This document shows, in pieces, positions 33,764-43,791 of a stretch of DNA of 64,000 nt. The notes beneath the pieces were generated by a model. That model ran no database searches. It saw only the letters and a list, made by a program, of their open reading frames with translations, and was not told where the DNA came from. Source of the DNA: an uncultured delta proteobacterium (GTDB lineage: Bacteria; Myxococcota_A; Polyangia; Haliangiales; Haliangiaceae); assembly GCA_963848295.1 (NCBI GenBank), contig CAWKDB010000002.1, positions 32,001 to 96,000 on the forward strand, given 5' to 3'. The stretch's first letter is position 1, and each line of letters starts with the position of its first letter. Made by a program: the position numbers and the translations under genes.

Positions 33764-33991
33764 CACGACTTCGACCCCGCCGAGCTCGAGCGCTTCGCCG
33801 CGCGCACGAGCACCTCGCGCGCCCATTGCATCGTGGCGAGGCCGGCATCGCGCGCGGCGCGGTGAAAGAGGTCGCGCTCGGCCGCGGTGAGGCGCATCGA
33901 GAGCACGACGTCGGACGCGTGCTCGGCGCGTGGCTTGCGACCGGCCCCGGTTCGGGGGCCGCCGTGCTTCGGGGTGCGGTGACTTGGGCAT
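33760..33991 (-). pseudogene. Small DNA-binding protein: GGxRxGAGRKP motif plus ribbon-helix-helix, frameshifted
   Basis: Removing one C in a CCCC run gives MPKSPHPKHGGPRTGAGRKPRAEHASDVVLSMRLTAAERDLFHRAARDAGLATMQWAREVLVRAA. Confidence 0.6.
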
Positions 33992-34188
33992 GTCCACGAG
34001 AGTCTACCTTTCGTAGTTCGGTTTCAAGAGATAACGATCGACGGAATCAAGGTCGACGAACGACCTCGAGCTCAGGCGTGCGCCGACTCGACTGCAACCG
34101 GCTCGAGGTCAACCACATCGACTGCCACACGACACCCGCACTACTAGTGCGGGGCAGGCAGTGCTGTGTACATGCAGCCGGGTAGATG

Positions 34189-36486
34189 TCAGGCAGCAGT
34201 CGGGCCGGTGTCGGTCGACGCCGGAGCTGACAGTGCCCAAAGGTCACGGCTTCCGCAGCGCCTACTGCGGCGAGCGCGAGGTCTCGGCGTCCACAGCAGG
34301 GATAGCGAGCGCGCCCCGCGGTCGGGTGGCACCTCGACGACGCTCGAGCCGGGGTCTGCGAGCAGTCGCAGCGACCGCCGCGCGCGAGACGTCGCGGCCC
34401 ACACGCCGCCGCGATGCGTGCGGATGCTCACGCGCCACCGATTGAGCGAGCTCGCCGCTGGCGGCGAGCGTGGCTTCGCGCCGCTCGCCGTCGAGCTCCG
34501 CGGCGGTCGACTGGCGAGCTTCGCCTTCCGCCCCTCGCGCACCTCTCGCGCCGGCCTCGCCGCGCCGTCGACCGTCCAGCGGCCGGTGCGTCCGCAGTAG
34601 CCCGCCGGGATGACGACGTCGCCGGTCCCCATGCGGCAGCTTGCCGAGCGAGAGCTCGACTGCACACGTTCCGTCGGGAGCGCTCGGGGCCGTGACCGCC
34701 GATGGCGACGGTGAGGTGCGCGGCGCGCTCGATGGCCGCGGACTCCGCGCCGGTGTCGGTGGTGTCGGCGCCGACGGCCTCATCTGCGCGCAGCGACCGC
34801 GACGCCGCGCGCGACGTCTGAGACACGGCGACGGCGAGCGACGCGGTGCGACCTGGCACCACCGAGCGACGTGCCTCGATGACGTCGGACGACGCGCGCC
34901 CGCTGGTCGTGCGCCGAGTCGACGGCATGATCTGCACGTAGTCGACGACGACGAGCATCGGTTCGCCCGGGTGGCGCTCGACGAGCTGCGCCCGCGCCGA
35001 CTCGAGGCCATCGAGCGTTGCGTCCTCGCCATCAATCACGACGAGCCGCTCGGGCAGCGCCGAGAGCATCGTCACGTCATCGACCTGACCGCGGATCACT
35101 TCGCGGCCACGAGTGGCCTCGGCTCATGCCGACGACGCGCGCGTCGACGAAGCGCGCCGGCAACTCGCGCGATAGGTAGAGCGCCGGGCCCAGATTGTTG
35201 GCGTGCGAGCATGCGAGCTGCGCAGCGAGCGACGACTTGCCCGAGCCCGTCGAGCCGATGACGCACGACGAGCTCGCCGCTTGGGACCCGGGCGAGCTCG
35301 CCGGGGTCGAGCTCGAGCGTGACCCACGGCTCGCGCGCCCGGGCGCGAATCTCGGCGACGCGCTCTGCAGGCGTCCGCAGCCTCGACCGGCTCGCGCTCG
35401 TCTCGACTTCGGCGTGCCTAGGGCGAGGGCCTCGCGCACGAGCGCGGCGCTGCTTCGATGCGCCGCGCTCACGGTTGCCACCCCGCGCAGTCGAGCGTCC
35501 GTTCAGATCTTTGTGTGGTGCCGAAGTTCGACGAGCTCGGACACTCGCGGTCGAGCACGAGGCCGTGCCGGCTACGAGCTGCGGCGCAGCGCCGCGTGCG
35601 GCACCCGCCGCGCCACTTCCGCCGGGGCCGTCGTCATGCGGCGACGATGAGGAGCTCGCCGATGCTCAAGTCACGGACGATGCGGCGCAACGCATCGACG
35701 ACGTCGGCCATGCGGCTTCGCATCGTTCGCGCCGAGCACGCGACCGCGTGCGGCCAGAGCACGCGCAAGCGGTCAGCGTGTCGAACAGGCCCTCGGCGCA
35801 GGATGACAGTGTCGGACGAGCTCGGTTACGTCTGCACACGCCCGACGAGCGAGCTTCGAGTCGTGCCGCCACCGGGCAGCACGCGCACCTTGGTCTGGTC
35901 GGCGGCCGCGCGCGAGCACGCGGTACACGACCATCTGACGAGCTCGCCGTCGAAGCCATGCAACCGCACGGCGACATCGCCGCACGCGCGGAAGCGCACG
36001 ACGCGTCCGCAGATCGGCAGCGCCGGTTCAAGACCGCGACGGCGCGAGGTACGTCCTCGCCCTTCGGGTGTCGCCACTGGAACGCGCCCCACGCTCGCTC
36101 GGCGCTCGCGCGCCGCGCGAGCACAGCATCGAGGTCGACCGCCCGCTGGCTTCGCCACGCGTCGAGCGGGTTGCTTCGGCGACTTCGCGCCGAGACGCGC
36201 GATGCTCTCCGGCGACCGCGAGCACCTTCAGAAAGTCGCGGCGGCCCGTCGAGGCCTAGGTACCCCGCGATGAGCGAGAGAACGTCGCTGCCTTCTCGCC
36301 GCACGCGTGGCAGTGCCACTCTCCGCTCGCCCGATTCACGGCGACCGAGGCGCGTCGATGCTCTACGCCGCTCGGGCACGACTTCGCGCGGAGCTCGTCG
36401 CTGCCGTCGTACGGAATGTTGAACGCGTCGAGCACGAGCGACGCGTGACCGACGAGCGCGCGCTTCACTTCGACGGCGCGCATCAT
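34189..36486 (-). pseudogene. Primase-helicase (Zn finger + TOPRIM + DnaB-like helicase), multiply frameshifted; ends approximate
   Basis: CP..H..SVAVN...WHCHACG zinc finger; EGLFDTL TOPRIM; GSTGSGKSS Walker A, YLSREL, VVVDYVQI Walker B, AESAAIERAAHL. Confidence 0.75.
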
Positions 36487-36793
36487 GGTGCACCTCGTCG
36501 GCCCGCGAGCTTCGGCGGCGTCCACTCGCCGCGCGCCCACGCCTCAATGTTCGCAGGCGAGCCGAGCCAGCGACGGCCAACGCGGCGGAGTACGCCGTCG
36601 TTCTCGAGCTGCGCGATAACTCGAGCGGAGCACCGTGACGCGCGACATGCCCGAGCACGTTCGCGACGAACGGCCGAGGACATCGAGCGCAGCTTGGTGG
36701 GTGTGCTTCGAGCTCGCCGAGCGCGGGCTGGCGTTGGTCGCGAATCACGACCGCGCTCCGCTCCGCGCGCGCGTGGGTTCGCCGCTCGGTCAA
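36483..36793 (-). pseudogene. Small HTH protein (AlpA/Xis-like), frameshifted
   Basis: Reconstructed ..VANVLGMSRVTVLR..IAQLENDGVLRRVGRRWLGSPANIEAWARGEW; stop overlaps primase start. Confidence 0.45.
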
Positions 36794-37031
36794 CTAGCGA
36801 TGCGCTTCGGCGGCGATGAGCTGCTCGAGCTCTCCGCTGCGTAGCTCGAGGACGCGCTCGAGCGCGCGCACAGTGCTCTGGTGCGGCGTGAGTCGGTTCT
36901 CTTCGATGCGGGCGACGGTGGTGCTCGACGTCGCGGGCGCGACTCGCGAGGTCAACGCGCCGCCAGCCGCGGGCTACGGCGATGCTCGCGGACGGCGTCC
37001 CGAGCGACAATGATGGTTTCTTGGTGCCCAT
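36794..37031 (-). pseudogene. XRE/Cro-family HTH regulator, frameshifted
   Basis: With three single-base corrections reads MGTKKPSLSLGDAVREHRRSRGWRRVDLASRAATSSTTVARIEENRLTPHQSTVRALERVLEL. Confidence 0.6.
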
Positions 37032-37146
37032 GTTGACGCTACTCTCGGTTGGGAATTCGTCTCCAGTGGCCGTCAAAATCAAAATCCCAATCCCTCGACC
37101 GCGCTCGCTTGAGCGCCGTCGCGCCGTCACCGACGACGGCCGAGGT

Positions 37147-37734
37147 ATGGGTCCGCTGCGACGCGAGGACTACGCACAGTGGTTCGCGGAGTACCCGCAG
37201 CTGCGCCAGCTCGCGTCTCTCGCGACGCGGGCGTTCGACATCGCTGATCGCGAGTCGGTGGACCTACGTAACGACCGACGCGGCCGACCGCGCGACCGAC
37301 ACCCAGAGGTCGCCGGTTTCGTACGCTGGGCGGTCGAACTAGTCGGCCCCAAAGTTCTGGCGCTAACGCTCGTCGTCGGTGGTGTGCTCGATGACGGCGC
37401 CGGACGATACCTGGCGGGTCAACTCTCGCCGCGAGACCGACGCGATTCGAGCAGGCCCGATAGCCGCACCGGCCTCCGGCAGCTTGCGATGCGGCTCGAG
37501 CAGATTGCGCGCGCTGCGCGCCGTCGCGAAAAAGTGAGGCTGGTGATCGCTGCAGGAACCGATGCCCGCGGGCTGAACGACCACCACGGCGACACGCGTT
37601 TTCCACGACCGCGAATCGCCGCTGCCTCGAAGGAGTTCCTTAGCCGATGCCGCTCAGCTGCAAGAGCGCGCGCGTCTCGCCAGCTGTCAATTCGCGTGCG
37701 TTCACGCGCTGGCCGCGTGCCATCGCGGCGATGA
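37147..37734 (+). CDS. Hypothetical protein divergent from the XRE gene
   Basis: MGPLRREDYAQWFAEYPQLRQL.. open frame after an AT-richer intergenic stretch; 3' end uncertain. Confidence 0.35.
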   Translation: MGPLRREDYAQWFAEYPQLRQLASLATRAFDIADRESVDLRNDRRGRPRDRHPEVAGFVRWAVELVGPKVLALTLVVGGVLDDGAGRYLAGQLSPRDRRDSSRPDSRTGLRQLAMRLEQIARAARRREKVRLVIAAGTDARGLNDHHGDTRFPRPRIAAASKEFLSRCRSAARARASRQLSIRVRSRAGRVPSRR

Positions 37735-39021
37735 ACAGCGCGCGCAACCTGTCGGTCCGCGTGCGACTTGCGCGCTCGCGATGCGAGACGCCTCCATCGC
37801 TGCGGGGCGTATCGAGCGGCCGACCGACATCGCGGAACCGCAGGTCGAGAGCATCGTCTCCGAGACCGAGGCCGCCGAGTCGTGCGCGCACTTCGTCGGG
37901 CGTAGCGGTGACCGCGTTGATGCTGACCCGCCGCCAGTTCGGCCGCGCGCCGCTCTCGCACCTCGCGTTCGTATCGGGCTTGCTTGCGGCTCGAAGCGAT
38001 TCGCGAGGCGGCGCGACCGGGCGGCGTCGGGTTGACCGTGCGCCATCCCGATGACGCCCGGCATCTCCACGCCGGCCGCACGCGCGACGCGTTGCACGTC
38101 GTCGGCGGTGAGTTCAAATGCCGGCGGCATCCGCGGCGGTCGCGGTGCCGAAGGAGGCGCCGTCGGCTTCGTCGAAGCGGGCGCCGGAGCTGGCGCGGTC
38201 GGCTTCCGTGTCTTCGCTGCTCTCTGTTCCCGGTGGACGAGTCGCAGCAGCGGGTCCGTGGGTAAGGTGGGCATCGTCGTGGTCTTCCGTGATTGTGAGG
38301 TTGGTGTCGGACGTGAGCTGCGCATCGGCGGCGCGGCCCGCTCGTCGAGCGCGTGCTCGACCGCAGCGTTGCTCGGAAAAGTGCAGAGCATCTGTCGCTG
38401 CGCCACCGCGAGTACGCGCGGTTCCAGCCGGGCGGTCTCGTGCGCGCGATTTCTTGTCCGTCGACTCGAGCGCTCTGCGCCGAGCAGCAACGCGGCGACG
38501 CGGTCGGCGATGTCGCGGTCGCCGCGATCGAGCGCAGCATCGAGTTGTTGCACGTGGGCGGCGAAATAGCTGACCCATGCGGTCGCATCGAATCTTGTCG
38601 GGGATGCGCTGGCGTTGGCTGCTCACGCCGCACGCTCCACGAAGTGGTCGGCCTCGACGAGCAGCGCGTTCGCAAGTGCGATGACGAGTGCACGGTCCCG
38701 CATGGTCGTCAGCGAGAAGGCTTCAGCGTGAAGCCGGCGGGCACGGCGTCCGAGACCTTCGCGACGCCGACAGTGCGTTGATACGTCCCGCCGGCCGCCG
38801 ACGTCGGGCAACCGGCTTGCGAGGCGTAAGGAATCGAGTCCGGGACCATCGGCCATCTCGGGGCCGCGCCACCGTGCGAAGCCCGCGGTCCCGCCGAGCT
38901 TGAGCGCCTGGTTTCGCGGCGTCGCGTGGTTCACCGGCGAGCGCGGTGGGCTGGTGCCGGCTCGCGGCGCTTCGACCGAGGGCGAGTTGTGCGGAGCGTT
39001 GGTGGTTGACTTCGTGGACAT
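37640..39021 (-). other. Two or three frameshifted hypothetical genes transcribed divergently from terS/terL
   Basis: ATG 39021 (MSTKSTTNAP..), coupled GTG 38626, and MPTLPTDPLLRL.. fragments; no family recognised. Confidence 0.35.
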
Positions 39022-39075
39022 AGTCACAATTCTATTGCACCTGCAAGCCGATGTCAGCTGGTATCGTGATTTGTT

Positions 39076-39726
39076 ATGACGCCGAAGCCAGTCACGCCCG
39101 CCGAGCTCGCTCGACTCCGCGCCGCGTTCACGTCTCGCCGACCGTCGAGCCCGTCCGACTTCGCAGCGGTTGCCGCCGACGTCGGAGTGACCTCGGGGCA
39201 GGCCCGCCGCGCGTGGCTGTACGGTTGGGCCGCCGCAGGTATCGCGCCGCTCGAGCGCGAGCTCGGGTCCGCCGCCGCGGCGCAGCGCCAACTCGGCGTC
39301 GCCGTCGCCACCGCCGAGATGGTCGCCGACGAGTGCGTGCGACGCGCGGCCGAGCTCGGCGAGCACGTCGCCGGGCTCGTGCCGGTCGCGAAGCGACTGG
39401 TCGCGGCGCTCGTCGACGCGCCCGACCTCGCGCAGCTGGCTCCGTCGCTGGCGTTGTCGGCGCTGCGCCAGGTGACGAGCGTGCTCGGTCGCGCGGGCAA
39501 CGTCGCCGCCGACGCCGTCGAGCTGCAACGGCTGGTCGGCGGTCAGGCCGGTCGTATCGTCGCCGTGCAACACGGCGCATCGCCCGACACGATCGACATC
39601 GAGGCCGCGGCTCGCACGCTCGCCGGAACCCAGCGCGCGCTCGAGCGCGCGGCGAAGGCGCGAGCGCCCGCCGCGCCGGACGTCGTCGGGTCGACGGAGC
39701 CGACCGGAGACCCGCGTGTCAACTGA
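39076..39726 (+). CDS. Putative terminase small subunit-like protein
   Basis: N-terminal HTH-like FAAVAADVGVTSGQARRAW, helical body, overlaps the start of terL; call rests mainly on position. Confidence 0.45.
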   Translation: MTPKPVTPAELARLRAAFTSRRPSSPSDFAAVAADVGVTSGQARRAWLYGWAAAGIAPLERELGSAAAAQRQLGVAVATAEMVADECVRRAAELGEHVAGLVPVAKRLVAALVDAPDLAQLAPSLALSALRQVTSVLGRAGNVAADAVELQRLVGGQAGRIVAVQHGASPDTIDIEAAARTLAGTQRALERAAKARAPAAPDVVGSTEPTGDPRVN

Positions 39727-41148
39727 GCTCGCCGCCAACGTCGACGCGCAGCGGCGAGTGTGGGCGCAGCTCGCGAGCCGCGACTTCCCGACGTTCTGCG
39801 AATTCGTGCTCGAGGACGAGGCGGGCGGCGAGGTGACGCTCGCGCCGATGCACCTCGAGTGGTGCCGGCTCCTCGACGAGCATCCGCGACTTGTCATCTC
39901 GGCGCACATCGAATCGGCGAAGACATCGCTCGGCGTCGTCGCTCGCACGCTCTGGCTCCTCGGTCAGAACCCATCGGCGCGCATCGCCATCGTGTCGAAC
40001 ACGGCGACCATGGCGCAGAAGATTCTGCGCGATCGTCGCGAAGTACATCGTGGGCTCGACGCGGCTGCGCGAGGTGTTTCCGGCCATCGCGCCCGACTAC
40101 AACTCCTTGTGGCGAGCGAACGCGATCACCATCGCTCGCCCGACGTTCACGCGCGACCCGTCCGTGCAGGCGCTCGGCACCGACGGCGCGTTGCTTGGCA
40201 GCCGACTCGACGCCGCATTCCTCGACGACGTCGAGACGTACGCCTCGACCTGCACGGTCGAGGGCCGCGCGAAGGTCGCGGGGTGGGTGCGCTCGACGGT
40301 GCTGACTCGACTCGTCAGTGGCGGTCGCGTCGTCGTGCTCGGTCCCGCGTGGCACGGAGCCGACCTCCTGCACACGCTCGAGGCCGACGGATGGCCGACG
40401 TATCGCTACAGCGTGCAGGATGACGAGGGCCGGTCGCGCTGGCCCGAGCGGTGGCCGCTGGCGCGCATCGCCGCGAAGCGAGTCGAGCTCGGTCGTCGCG
40501 CCGCCGCGAACCAACTCGACGTGGTGCCGCTCGCCGAGGGCGGCAAGATTGACCCGGCGTGGGTCGACGCGGCGCTCGCTCGCGGAGCTCGGCGCCCGCT
40601 CTTGCCGTACGTGCACCAAGCGCCCGACGGGTGCAGCATCGTGTGCGGCGTCGACCTCGCCGTGGGTCAACAGAAGCACCACGACCGCACCGCCATCGCG
40701 ACCGTGTTCGTGCACCGCGACGGACACCGCGAGCTCGTCGCGATGGAGTCGGGGCGCTGGACTGCGCCCGACATCGTCAAGCGCATCCACGCCGTCAACG
40801 AACGGTTCCGCCCGGTGTGCATCCTCGTCGAGAGCAACGCGGCGCAGATGTACATCGTGCAGATGACGCGACAGCTGGCCTCGGTGCCGGTGCGCCCGTA
40901 CACGACCGGCGGTGGCACGCGGTCACTGCACTACGGCGTCGACGGCCTCTCCGTCGAGCTCGAGCGTGGGCAGTGGACGATTCGAGGAGGGCGACCCCGA
41001 GGTCGAGGGGCTCGCGCGCGAGGTCTGCTACTACGACCCGCGCGCTCACGTCGGCGACCGACTCGCAGCGCTCGTGCTCGCGCGCCACGCGGCCGAGCAG
41101 CGCGCGAACCGCGTCGAGTTCTTTCATCACGACTTCAGCGCACGGTAA
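39716..41148 (+). pseudogene. terL: Terminase large subunit, frameshifts near 40030 and 40985
   Basis: ISAHIESAKT Walker A-like, RIAIVSNT, GSRLDAAFLDDVET Walker B, GPAWHGADL, GVDLAVG..HDRTAI RNase H nuclease, VESNAAQ. Confidence 0.78.
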
Positions 41149-41662
41149 TACCTATGCGGTCGTGGTGGAACAGCTCACCGACTGGTCGACCGAATGGTTT
41201 GACCTTCAGGTGACGCAGCAACGCTTCTACGCGTCGGCGAAGGTCGAGTCTCGCGCCAGCTCCAAGGACCTCTGCGTCGGACCTCCAGGTTGTCGACTCT
41301 CGTGTGACCGCGATTGGGAGCGATGCACTTCGATGTTGGCGGTCAGGAATCGTGGCACCGCGTCGGAGACAGCCTCGCGCCGAAGGCAATCTGGTCCACT
41401 GCTTTCACGAACCGTGTTGGGCTCCAAGCGTTGAGATTGTCGAGAGGCCGCGGACCGGACGGCTCCCCGGCCAGGCTCTGTAACTGTGCGACCTTCCGAA
41501 ACATAGACGCACGGCGTGGCGTTCGACGTGAACCATGAAATTAGACGCCTGACAGACGCGGACACAGGGTACGTCGTGCGGACGATTAATGACCACTGGA
41601 CGCGTCTACTCGACGAGTCGAAGAACATGGCCGAGGACGTGCTAAAGAGGGCGTTACAATGA
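41149..41662 (+). pseudogene. 5'-truncated, frameshifted conserved hypothetical gene (first of cargo operon; possibly TIGR04255-like)
   Basis: WSTEWFDLQVTQQRF..MHFDVGGQESWHRVGDSLAPKAIW..VAFDVNHE..INDHWTRLLDESKNMAEDVL; no start codon after the terL stop. Confidence 0.5.
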
Positions 41663-42207
41663 GCCGTCAGTAGCGCTCAGCTTGCGTTCGACCTCACGAC
41701 GGCCGCAGACGCCGTGGTCGATGGGAGGCACTTCGTCGAGGGGGAAGGCGGACGACGCCTCCGCGAAGCGTGTGGAATCGGCTAAGCGCGTGGCCCGGAG
41801 AGCTCCCCCTTCGGAAATTCTTGCTCCAGAGACCGCCGCAGAAGACCGCCGCGATGAATCTGCCAGTCAGATTATTTTGCAGAGTTGGGAGTGCACGGTG
41901 CTGAGCGTCAGCGACGACGTGTTTGTGGCATCGCTCCGCTCGCTCCGGGATCCAACTGCCCCCGAGCTGGAAGCCGATATCCCTCGCGACGATGTGACGC
42001 CCGACGACCTCGAGCTACTCGAGCCGGGGCGGTGTTCTATGGAGCATTGGATACGAAACGCGGGGCGGACAGCGCCGTTGCGCGTCGCAACTCGCTTTTC
42101 GACGACTGCCGGCGTGGACCCAGCGCGACGTTGACCGTGTCCGAGATCGAGCGAGAAAGCTCTTCGCGGAGTTCGGGAAGCCCGACGATGGCACCACCCA
42201 GCGCTAA
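41659..42207 (+). pseudogene. Conserved hypothetical gene (second of cargo operon), frameshifted
   Basis: LQSWECTVLSVSDDVFVASL..EADIPRDDVTPDDLELLEPGAVFYWSIGY..FRRLPAWTQ; ATGA coupling upstream, 20-bp overlap downstream. Confidence 0.55.
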
Positions 42208-43263
42208 CGAACTCGAGGTCTCGATCTTCGGGCGAGGCGTCGGGGAGTGCATAGTTGTCCAGTCGGTGGCGGTAAGTGGGTCGTGATCGACTCTTGTACG
42301 AAGCCGGAAACGAACGAGCCCGTCGCGCTCGAATATCTGCGGTCGCTCGGGGTCGCCGTCGAGACCGACGTCGTTGCGCTCGTCGTCACGCACTGGCACG
42401 ACGACCACATCGCGGCGCAAGCAAGTTGCTCGAAGCATGTACGGCCGCGGAGTTCTTTTGCTCCGCGGCGTTGAATCGCGCCGAATTTTTTCAGCTCCTC
42501 GAGTCGGCTGGCCAATTGGTTCTTGCGGCTGGTTCCGGTTCGGGTGTCGACGAGATGGGGCGGGTCTTCTCGGTGCTGAGCGAGCGCAAGGCGCGCGGAG
42601 GGAAAGTCACGTCGCCAGAATATGCGCTCGCAAACAGGGTCATCTACCGACGCGCGAAGCTCGGAGAGGTTGCTGAGTGCACCATCGAAGCGCTGAGCCC
42701 GAGCAGCACCTCCCTGACGCGGGGGCTCCTGTCGTTCACGCCGGCAATCGGCTCGCCCAAAAAGACGATTCCGAACCCGGGCCCGAACGAGCTGTCGGTC
42801 GCGTTGCACGTGCAGCTCGGATTCGAACGCGGCTCTCCTCGGCGCCGACCTCGAGGTCGGCTCGTCCGACGATGTCGGCTGGCGTGCGGTCGTGCTGAAC
42901 GGCCGCCTGCCCGCAGGCAAGACCGCAATCGTGAAGGTTCCCCACCATGGCTCAAAAGGCGCAGACCATCCGCCGATGTGGGCGACGCTCGTCGGAAGCG
43001 ACCCGCACATCGGCGTGACGCCCTTCAACTCGTCGAGCCTCCCCCGGCCCGACGACATCGCCCGGCTTCGCACCCGCTCGCCGAACGTTTTCCACGCCTC
43101 CCCCAAGCAAGGGCGAAAGCTGAGGCTCGACAACACGAGCCAGAGAATCCTCGACGGTTTAAAGATTCGCGAGCGAGGGGGCTCGCTCGGCCATATTCGT
43201 TTCCGCGCCCCGGATGGGGGCGCTGCTACGTGCGAGCTCTTGGGCGCAGCCGAAGCGGCCTGA
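42188..43263 (+). pseudogene. ComEC/Rec2-like metallo-beta-lactamase-fold hydrolase, frameshifted
   Basis: ELEVSIFGRGVGECIV, WVVIDSC, THWHDDH, NELSVAL, LLGADLE, VKVPHHGS, TPF motifs across four frame segments. Confidence 0.75.
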
Positions 43264-43465
43264 CCGCCCCGGAAGCCACCTGCCGACGACTGGCGACGAA
43301 TGCCCGAAGGTCGCTCGCGAGCACGCGCACGACGTTGTTACCGCGGCCGAAGCGCACCGCGGGGAGCTCGCCGGCCCGCACGTGGCGGAGCACCGTCTCG
43401 GTGCAGCACGCGAGCGCGGCGGCCACCTCGCGCGGTGTCATGAGCTCGTCGCCGTCCATCGTCAT
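43226..43465 (-). CDS. xis: Excisionase-like HTH_17 protein
   Basis: ELMTPREVAAALACCTETVLRHVRAGELPAVRFG..VRVLASDLRAFV, next to attR. Confidence 0.8.
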   Translation of the reverse strand: MTMDGDELMTPREVAAALACCTETVLRHVRAGELPAVRFGRGNNVVRVLASDLRAFVASRRQVASGAVRPLRLRPRART

Positions 43466-43543
43466 CGAGCTTGAACCCGCCACCGAGCGCTCGTCCACCA
43501 CGGACGACCATGGGCGACCAGCGCCGCTTTTCGGAGCCCGGCC

Positions 43544-43637
43544 TGTTGCCACGGTGTTGCCACGGCGCGTTGTCGCGAGCTGTCGCGAAGCGTTTCGAGC
43601 TGTCGCGAAGGTCGACGAGGATTCGACGAGATTCGAG
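43544..43637 (+). promoter_or_regulatory. Putative arm-type and Xis-binding repeat array near attR
   Basis: TGTTGCCACGG x2 (43544-43565); TGTCGCGA at 43571, 43581 and 43601 (10-bp phasing). Confidence 0.6.
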
Positions 43638-43705
43638 AGCGGCGGCGCGAGCTTCGACTACATCTCGTGCGTCTTCGACGAGATGGCCGCGCCGCCGTTT
43701 GCTAT

Positions 43706-43726
43706 TTCGAGTCCCGCCCCGCGCAC
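43706..43726 (+). repeat. attR core (duplicated tRNA-Leu 3' end)
   Basis: Identical to 31695-31715. Confidence 0.9.
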
Positions 43727-43791
43727 TCTCGACGTGGCCGCAACGCCGCGTCACTCGCAGTGCTCGACGGTTTGCAAGGCGAGGTCGCGCG

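Larger units (their letters stand above)
31695..43726. mobile_element. ~12 kb tRNA-integrated phage-satellite-like element
   Basis: 21-bp direct repeat TTCGAGTCCCGCCCCGCGCAC at 31695-31715 and 43706-43726; contains integrase, excisionase, primase-helicase and terminase genes. Confidence 0.9.

Noticed and set aside
31695..43726. Complete prophage or conjugative element
   Set aside because: No recognisable capsid, portal, tail, lysis, relaxase or T4SS genes within the 12 kb.
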